Shown here: piece after piece, positions 1 through 5,371 of the stretch
How positions within the stretch are numbered: the first letter of the stretch is position 1
How the letters are laid out: each line of letters begins with the position of its first letter
IMG/VR virus record: IMGVR_UViG_3300031625_000826
Strand: one strand, 5' to 3'
DNA: 10,570 bases
Origin: a virus
Program-made: the position numbers and the translations under genes
Notes under the pieces: generated by a model
Told to the model about the DNA's origin: nothing
What the model saw: the letters and a program-made list of their open reading frames with translations, nothing else
Databases searched by the model: none

Positions 1-791
1 TCTTCTTTATTGTCTTCATCGGTGCGAGGAGAAATCCCCAAGTCTTCAAAAACTTCATCCATTGGGATCAATTCGACAAGCCCCAAATCAAGTTCTTCGA
101 CTTGTTCTTTGAGTTCTTCTACAAACTCGTCTCTTTGATCTGGAGGACCATGAAAGCTAATGTCAAAATAAATGGAATCAATAATATCCAACAAACTAAA
201 GTCACATTCGCTTGTTAAGAGCTTGTAGTTCTTCAGTTTAGGGTGTTTTTTAAGCCGATAAACCTCAACCTTAGCATTAAGCACCAACTTGAGATGAGCA
301 AATTGGTTAAGAGGGGAAGCAGACACAGAATATTTTTCTATGCGGCCCACAGCTTGCTCAAATCCACTTTCAGCACTAGCAGCGGCTTGATCTTCTGCTG
401 TCAACGGTAAGCTAACACCGTGAAATTCTGGTGTCATTCCAAAGTTGGTGTAATTGCTGGTTTTGAGATAGTCAACAGCCCAACAGACTTCCAAATGATC
501 CATTTTGTCGTTTTCATCAATGATAGCTGGTTTATCTAACTCATTGTGAAAATCGTCTATGTTGCTGCACCATGTGTATTGGGAAATGAGGAACGTGAGG
601 ACTTCACTTTTGCGAACAAAGTCCATGATGTGCCAGAGGGTAGTATCTGGGTCAATTTCGCAATAAGTTCGAAGGTGAGAAAGAACTGTTGGGTCAGTCG
701 CTTCCATTAGTTCTTCTTCTTGTTCTTCGGTATCCGGGTTCCACTGTGCCACCATAAGTCCATCAGGTGTTAGTGTAACTTTCTCAGCCAT
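1..791 (-). CDS. Hypothetical protein, 5' portion only; the gene continues past the left edge of the window. N-terminus MAEKVTLTPDGLMVAQWNPDTEEQEEEL..., open for 263 codons to position 1.
   Basis: The minus-strand frame is open from the ATG at 789-791 down to position 1. An AAGGAA Shine-Dalgarno-like sequence lies 8 nt upstream (TAAGGAACAAAACTG-ATG). It is absent from the ORF track only because no stop codon falls inside the window. The acidic, Glu/Asp-rich sequence matches no family I recognise. Confidence 0.65.
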   Translation of the reverse strand, partial: MAEKVTLTPDGLMVAQWNPDTEEQEEELMEATDPTVLSHLRTYCEIDPDTTLWHIMDFVRKSEVLTFLISQYTWCSNIDDFHNELDKPAIIDENDKMDHLEVCWAVDYLKTSNYTNFGMTPEFHGVSLPLTAEDQAAASAESGFEQAVGRIEKYSVSASPLNQFAHLKLVLNAKVEVYRLKKHPKLKNYKLLTSECDFSLLDIIDSIYFDISFHGPPDQRDEFVEELKEQVEELDLGLVELIPMDEVFEDLGISPRTDEDNKE

Positions 792-810
792 CAGTTTTGT
801 TCCTTAAAAG

Positions 811-1058
811 ACACCATATAACTCCCGTAAGCAAAGTTTTGTTCTATGTCTACATTTATCTCTCCACTTTGGAGGGCCGTGTATTATCACTAGCCTGCAC
901 CAACCCGACCATTATAGTGTCGCTACACACACTAAGTCTGTTTGGCTTGCACGCATCGTGGTTCAAACGAGCAATTTGCTCTCCCACAAGGAGCGAATGT
1001 GCCTTGACTTTCCTCTAACTTCAAATGAAGCCAGCGTAGACTCGGAGTTATATGGTGT
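811..1058. repeat. Perfect 15-bp inverted repeat (811-825 ACACCATATAACTCC and 1044-1058 GGAGTTATATGGTGT) enclosing a 218-bp non-coding spacer.
   Basis: The arms are exact reverse complements, read directly from the sequence. The spacer has no ORF of 60 aa or more on the coding (minus) strand. Read on the minus strand it contains a TATAAT hexamer (916-911) and a 6-1-6 palindrome GAGCAA-T-TTGCTC (969-981). Confidence 0.6.
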
Positions 1059-1138
1059 TTCAATTCCTAAAAACGCATGGGCGACAATACCATTTCGTTC
1101 TGAAGTTGACCGTTTTCGAAGGCGTTGAGCTGTATTCT

Positions 1139-1273
1139 TCAAAGAATCTGGACGAAGCCATTCTTCTCTTCATCGTATTTTTCTCTTTTATCTCTGGAAA
1201 AGAGAGTCCACTTGGTTGTCCCCCAGATAGCTCCGATAACGAAGTATCCAACGGCTCCGATGGCGACCCACAT
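1139..1273 (-). CDS. Putative small single-pass membrane protein (44 aa if started at ATG 1273; 73 aa if started at TTG 1360, which would overlap ARH by 29 nt).
   Basis: The sequence has a hydrophobic stretch, VVAWLWHNPMWVAIGAVGYFVIGAIWGTT, followed by a charged tail, KWTLFSRDKREKYDEEKNGFVQIL. No convincing RBS precedes either start. Alternative ORFs overlap on both strands, so coding status is uncertain. Confidence 0.3.
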   Translation of the reverse strand: MWVAIGAVGYFVIGAIWGTTKWTLFSRDKREKYDEEKNGFVQIL

Positions 1274-1331
1274 TGGATTATGCCACAGCCAAGCGACAAC
1301 ATTGAAGATGGCGTATTTGTGTGAAAAAGAA

Positions 1332-2339
1332 TCACACAAATTGTTCAACGAAACGTTCAATTAGTTCATGGAGTTCTTCTTTCTTTTGAACTCCATCGAT
1401 TAGTTCTGTCGGGAAAATACTTTTCCCATGCAAAGCCCCAATCATTGAAGCAAACATTGAACCATTTGTGTCCGTATCGCCGCCTGCGTTGACTACATTA
1501 TACAGGCCCTCGATTGTTTGATCTTTCAAAAAATGAGCATATGTGAAAGGTAGGCTGTGGTAAACATAACATCCACTTGCCGACTCAAACAGGCGATCTT
1601 TTTTATCGGATTCAAATCCGAAAAGAAGATTAAATCTCTCCCGTAGAGAATCTTCTTTTTTGGTTAATGGTGGGTCAAGCTTAGCATGTTCAACGAATCC
1701 TTCAACGTAAGCGTGGTCGACAATTTCGTCTATGAAGGCATTTTCATCAAATTCTTCTGGCTGAAAAGCCAAACAGTGTTGAATAGCTTGAGTATGAGCT
1801 ATTGCTGCGTAAGCCGACATATCTGTGTAATGACTCATCGCAGAAAATTGAACTATTTTTTTGTAAGATGGATCACTTGTATTTGGAATACCGACCATAA
1901 AGTCCCAAATCGCAATCGGAGCGATTTTCATTGGGACGCCATTTCCAGTTCCTCGATTAGGATTATCAGTAATCCCTGATTCAGACCAATGAGCACCATC
2001 TTTTAATTTGCGAATGGACTCTTGAGTAGAATAACCCCAACCTTCTACGGACTCTGCCATTGCCAGCGTGTGATACTTAGCGATGGCATCCATGTCAAAA
2101 TCATTTGCTTCAAGCAAGGCTTTAACAACAGCAAAGGAAAGATGTGTGTCATCAGTCCAAAAACCTAAAGGCTGATCGTTAAACCACTTATGCCCAAGAG
2201 GTTGTTTGTATTCGGTGACTCTGGTGTGGATGTCTGCAATCTTTTCAGCAGAGTATCCTTCGACAGGTGCCCCAAGAGCATCGCCTACCACGATTCCCCA
2301 CAAGCAGCCACGTATTTTGTCTTCAATTGGTATTTGCAT
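1332..2339 (-). CDS. ADP-ribosylglycohydrolase family protein (ARH/DraG-like), 335 aa.
   Basis: N-terminal GCLWGIVVGDALGAPVEG and C-terminal GGDTDTNGSMFASMIGALHG are the two signature metal-binding motifs of the ADP-ribosylglycohydrolase fold. The ORF ends in an ATGA-type junction region. Confidence 0.85.
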   Translation of the reverse strand: MQIPIEDKIRGCLWGIVVGDALGAPVEGYSAEKIADIHTRVTEYKQPLGHKWFNDQPLGFWTDDTHLSFAVVKALLEANDFDMDAIAKYHTLAMAESVEGWGYSTQESIRKLKDGAHWSESGITDNPNRGTGNGVPMKIAPIAIWDFMVGIPNTSDPSYKKIVQFSAMSHYTDMSAYAAIAHTQAIQHCLAFQPEEFDENAFIDEIVDHAYVEGFVEHAKLDPPLTKKEDSLRERFNLLFGFESDKKDRLFESASGCYVYHSLPFTYAHFLKDQTIEGLYNVVNAGGDTDTNGSMFASMIGALHGKSIFPTELIDGVQKKEELHELIERFVEQFV

Positions 2340-2345
2340 GCTGCT

Positions 2346-2373
2346 ATTTTACGAAAAAAAAGCTTAAAGTAAA
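2346..2373 (-). promoter_or_regulatory. Sigma70-like promoter, copy B: -35 TTTACT (2373-2368), 16-nt spacer, -10 TAAAAT (2351-2346). The predicted TSS falls at or on the ARH ATG (2339), implying a leaderless transcript.
   Basis: This is the third copy of the motif TTTAC(T/A)-N16-TA(C/A)AAT. The 3' end of its spacer is TTTTTTTTCG, against AAAATTTTCG in copies A and C. Only 6 nt (AGCAGC) separate the -10 from the ATG, and the ARH start has no SD. The -35 lies immediately after the HNH stop codon. Confidence 0.45.
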
Positions 2374-2374
2374 A

Positions 2375-2833
2375 TCACTTTTTGGATTTTACTTTCTTTT
2401 TTGCCGCCTTTATTCTCACTGGCTTCTTCTTGGCAACAACTTTTTTTGGTTTTGGTTCAAACTTGTCAATTTTCTTTTGAAGATCAAGACTCATCATGTA
2501 TGCAGTCTCTTTAGACGAACCAATTAGTCTATAGAGAGTTTCAGGTGCAAATTCGATATTAGCCGCATGAGGCACTTCCGCCTTCAAGTGGCACTCAGGA
2601 CATAACGACACACCATTGCTTTTCACGTATCCGCCAGCAGGCATTTCATCTCTTGTTGTGATGTGATGAGCATCAAGCTCGCACAATACTGCTCCAGAAG
2701 CTTCCTGTTTGGCTACTTCTTGCAGATCGTTGTGATCATATCCCTGCCGCCCACAACATCTACATTTGTGTTGATCACGGGCAAAAACTGCACCACGGAA
2801 TTCTTTTCTCATTGTCTTCTTAAAATTACTCAT
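2375..2833 (-). CDS. HNH endonuclease with a C-terminal lysine-rich (histone-H1-like) tail, 152 aa.
   Basis: A CRCCG Cys cluster is followed by the HNH core DAHHITTRDEMPAGGYVKSNGVSLCPECHLKAE (His-His...Asn...His with a CxxC zinc ligand). The C-terminus is KPKKVVAKKKPVRIKAAKKKVKSKK. Its start overlaps the OCD stop (TAATG). Confidence 0.85.
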   Translation of the reverse strand: MSNFKKTMRKEFRGAVFARDQHKCRCCGRQGYDHNDLQEVAKQEASGAVLCELDAHHITTRDEMPAGGYVKSNGVSLCPECHLKAEVPHAANIEFAPETLYRLIGSSKETAYMMSLDLQKKIDKFEPKPKKVVAKKKPVRIKAAKKKVKSKK

Positions 2834-3825
2834 TATTGCTCCTTTAACTTTTCGTAAATGTAGTTTGCTACCGCTATGTCTTGAATCGCTAAGCCTGTTG
2901 AATCAAACAAAGTGATTTGATTTTCTCTTGTTCTGCCAAGGCACTCAGCCAAGTTGCAAAAAGTTTTGCCTGACCTTTTTCCCCAAGGCATACAAGCCAT
3001 TTTTCCGCTATTGCTTGAAGGTGGGTGATAAGCGTGCTGGGTTTCTCCTGAATGAACAGCTTGTTCAAAGTCGTCAACCACCCAAATGTCAACTGCCTTA
3101 TATGTTTGAGAATCAAATTCTCTTTTGCCTTCTGCGTCTGCTCCCATTGCGTTAATGTGAACGCCTTTTTTGAGCCATTTTGCTTTCACTATTGGAGCAG
3201 TAGACGGAGTCAATGTTGTCACAATGTCTGCTCCGTCAACACATTCTTCTATGGACTTACATGCTTTTGATCCGTGCCAAAGTTCTGGCCTGTTATTTAA
3301 ATGAAACTTTCCTTCATTAGCAGAGCACATAAGATCACAAACTTCAGTATTTAGATCGAAAAAACGAACTTCAGCTATGCTGGGTCTAACGCTACAGATT
3401 GCATCTACGTGTAGTTGGGTTTGTGCTCCACAACCAATAAACGCTGCGATTTGTCCTTTACGGGGAATTCCATCGATGTTAGACAATAAATTTGTAGCAA
3501 CTCCGGCAGCCGCCGCCGTTCTTAATTTTGTGATATGAGTTGCTTCAAGGATTGCTAAAAGCTCACCCGTTGTAGCTGAATTCAAAATGATGGTGGCCAG
3601 CACAGTTGGCAAATTTTGCTGAGAATTTTCAGGAAAAACGCTGACCCATTTGACGCCAGCGACATCTCCTATGCGGACGGGCATGGCTCGGAAATCGCCA
3701 CTGGGGCAATCAATGTAAGTTTTGGAAACTGTCGAAGTATCTGTAGACTGAAATGCTTCGCCCACGATATCAATTACTTCAGACAGGTTAGTCGCCTGTT
3801 CGCATTGTAAATCTGTGATTATCAT
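2833..3825 (-). CDS. Ornithine cyclodeaminase / mu-crystallin family NAD(P)-dependent enzyme, 330 aa.
   Basis: The family hallmarks are present: LRTAAAAG, the Rossmann motif IGCGAQ, DIVTTLTPS, HINAMGADAEGKREFD, and the C-terminal ITLFDSTGLAIQDIAVANYIYEK. This is compared from memory with Pseudomonas ornithine cyclodeaminase. The ATGA overlap means the upstream gene's stop overlaps this start. Confidence 0.85.
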   Translation of the reverse strand: MIITDLQCEQATNLSEVIDIVGEAFQSTDTSTVSKTYIDCPSGDFRAMPVRIGDVAGVKWVSVFPENSQQNLPTVLATIILNSATTGELLAILEATHITKLRTAAAAGVATNLLSNIDGIPRKGQIAAFIGCGAQTQLHVDAICSVRPSIAEVRFFDLNTEVCDLMCSANEGKFHLNNRPELWHGSKACKSIEECVDGADIVTTLTPSTAPIVKAKWLKKGVHINAMGADAEGKREFDSQTYKAVDIWVVDDFEQAVHSGETQHAYHPPSSNSGKMACMPWGKRSGKTFCNLAECLGRTRENQITLFDSTGLAIQDIAVANYIYEKLKEQ

Positions 3826-4130
3826 CTTGGGGCTTTCTGTCCTTGGGCTGTATTTGCCACATCTCGCAACACATCATCGTAGCATTCAAATTCGGCTTTG
3901 TCTTCATCAAACTTGGGTTCTAACTGGTATTCATAGCAATCTTTGCGATGTTCTTTAGATATGACCCAAAACAGATGACGACATTCCCAACAGTCGACGC
4001 CATCGATGTCATATTTTGCGTCACCTGAGAACCAATTTGGTGCTTCGCAGAAAGGACACCAAATTTTGTGCCAAGTTGATAAAGATGGCTCCCAATTGGG
4101 ATCATCCAAATAGCTATTTTTAAGGCTCAT
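3822..4130 (-). CDS. Small Cys4 zinc-ribbon protein (about 102 aa from the ATG at 4130). The track ORF extends to 4238, but that start would overlap the upstream gene by 119 nt.
   Basis: It carries CPFC...CWEC pairs in WHKIWCPFCEAPNWFSGDAKYDIDGVDCWECRHLF. The 4130 start has GGAAAA 1 nt upstream and overlaps the preceding stop by 11 nt. Alternative starts lie at 4142 and 4166. Its stop is the ATGA junction with OCD. Confidence 0.55.
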   Translation of the reverse strand: MSLKNSYLDDPNWEPSLSTWHKIWCPFCEAPNWFSGDAKYDIDGVDCWECRHLFWVISKEHRKDCYEYQLEPKFDEDKAEFECYDDVLRDVANTAQGQKAPR

Positions 4131-4449
4131 ATTTTCCAACATATTCTTCAAACAAGAGTGTTTCATTGTATCGATAAGACACTGTGTCTTCTTCGTGATC
4201 GAAATCTTCAGGAAGCTGATCCAGTTCGTAGATTGCAACTCTAGTTCCCTGCTTGGGTGTTCTGTTAAAGAATACGTTAAGAACCTTTAGTCCAAGTTTT
4301 CCTTTTTCAACTGAACCATCTTCCTCTAACTCGATCCACCATAATTTAGGAGGAGTTTCAATTTCGGCTATAACCTCATCCTCAAGACCATCGCCCGGCC
4401 CGCCAAAGAACTCTGCATCGAATCCCCAGCCATTACCACCTTCCATCAT
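4120..4449 (-). CDS. Hypothetical acidic protein, 109 aa.
   Basis: It is a clean ORF whose start lies in an ATGATGA junction with the FkbM stop, consistent with translational coupling. The sequence is Asp/Glu-rich and matches no family I recognise. Confidence 0.65.
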   Translation of the reverse strand: MMEGGNGWGFDAEFFGGPGDGLEDEVIAEIETPPKLWWIELEEDGSVEKGKLGLKVLNVFFNRTPKQGTRVAIYELDQLPEDFDHEEDTVSYRYNETLLFEEYVGKYEP

Positions 4450-5288
4450 GCTCCTCCCTTTTTGAAGTCGCCTTCTCCATAACCCCTAGTGAAGAAATCT
4501 CGTTCAATTGCCTTGTCCCATTCTTTCTTTTCTTTCGGATACGCAAACATATTTCCAGAAACTATGAAATTAACAACCCCTTCTTTATCCACAGTATCGA
4601 ATACATCTACATCATTACCGTAAAAATTATCTGTGTTAAACAAGGGCGGGCGATGGAAAAAGTAACTGTATTCATGCTCCTTCAAAAATTCGATAACCTT
4701 TTCTGACTCTTCCTTGCTTTCAGCCTCAACATATAAGAATGGCCTTGTTCTTTTGATTGTTTCTGCTGCTCCAGCCAAAACATCCAATTCTTCTCCTTGA
4801 ACATCAATTTTGATCAAATGAAGAGCAGATAATTCAAGGCTATCAATGGTGCATGTGGCAACTGGAATGCACAACATGTCTTTTTTAACTCGACTAGTTG
4901 AATTGTCTCCAAAGTTGCCTTCTTCCTCGTAGTTTAATACAGGAATACCACGAACTTCACCGCTAACATTGCTTGCTAATCTCTGGAATACGGCTGTGTT
5001 GGATAGGTTGTTTACTGCCACATTGCCACAGAGGATGTGGTAGATGTACTGTTGCGGCTCAAAAGCCACCACATAGCCTCCTGAGCCTATCTTTTGGGCC
5101 AATGGGATTGTGATCCCGCCTATGTTTGCCCCGCAGTCTATGAACACGTCACCGGGTTCAATGAGGTCTTTAAGGAAATTCACTTCATGATAAGAGAATT
5201 CTCCGTACAAATCAAAAGATTTGCCAATGTACTTGTCCTTGTTGGGGAAGATGATAGGCCCATATCTGCTGTCTTTAATGATGTTCAT
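4446..5288 (-). CDS. FkbM-family SAM-dependent methyltransferase, 280 aa.
   Basis: VFIDCGANIGGITIPLA is the Gly-rich SAM-binding motif. LIKIDVQGEELDVLAGA is the characteristic FkbM-domain motif. No SD is present, and the gene starts only 22 nt downstream of the strong terminator, so it is probably expressed by read-through. Confidence 0.8.
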   Translation of the reverse strand: MNIIKDSRYGPIIFPNKDKYIGKSFDLYGEFSYHEVNFLKDLIEPGDVFIDCGANIGGITIPLAQKIGSGGYVVAFEPQQYIYHILCGNVAVNNLSNTAVFQRLASNVSGEVRGIPVLNYEEEGNFGDNSTSRVKKDMLCIPVATCTIDSLELSALHLIKIDVQGEELDVLAGAAETIKRTRPFLYVEAESKEESEKVIEFLKEHEYSYFFHRPPLFNTDNFYGNDVDVFDTVDKEGVVNFIVSGNMFAYPKEKKEWDKAIERDFFTRGYGEGDFKKGGA

Positions 5289-5310
5289 GTACTAGCAGAG
5301 TATTGAGCTA

Positions 5311-5349
5311 ATAAAAAAGCCTCGCCAGTAAGAATACTGGCGAGGCTTT
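5311..5349 (-). terminator. Rho-independent terminator following the MVP homologue.
   Basis: A perfect 12-bp stem (5319-5330 paired with 5335-5346, GCCUCGCCAGUA/UACUGGCGAGGC) closes a 4-nt loop. On the minus-strand transcript it is followed by UUUUUUAU (complement of 5318-5311). It lies 26 nt after the MVP stop codon. Confidence 0.85.
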
Positions 5350-5371
5350 AGTCAAGACTCTAGTTTCCGAA

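Noticed and set aside
955-985. Possible tRNA T-arm (GGTTCAAAC) in the non-coding gap
   Set aside because: No flanking acceptor, D- or anticodon stems could be built around it. It is probably a chance match.
797-1018. Plus-strand 73-aa ORF inside the IR-bounded gap
   Set aside because: It has no RBS, is low-complexity, and lies opposite to every other gene. It is most likely a chance ORF in the non-coding region.
1052-1364. Three mutually overlapping ORFs (1052-1324 +, 1060-1335 -, 1125-1364 +) downstream of ARH
   Set aside because: At most one can be real. Only the minus-strand 1139-1360/1273 reading shows a protein-like feature (a TM helix), so the others are treated as shadow ORFs.
1686-3810. 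Plus-strand ORFs antisense to the ARH, HNH and OCD genes (1686-1979, 2190-2372, 2267-2527, 2663-2857, 2928-3155, 3052-3270, 3616-3810)
   Set aside because: They are antisense to genes with clear family motifs. Their translations are low-complexity, and none has start signals.
3920-4238. Upstream extension of the Zn-ribbon ORF, and the nested 3920-4105 ORF
   Set aside because: The extension would overlap the preceding gene by 119 nt. The nested ORF is out of frame inside a better-supported gene.
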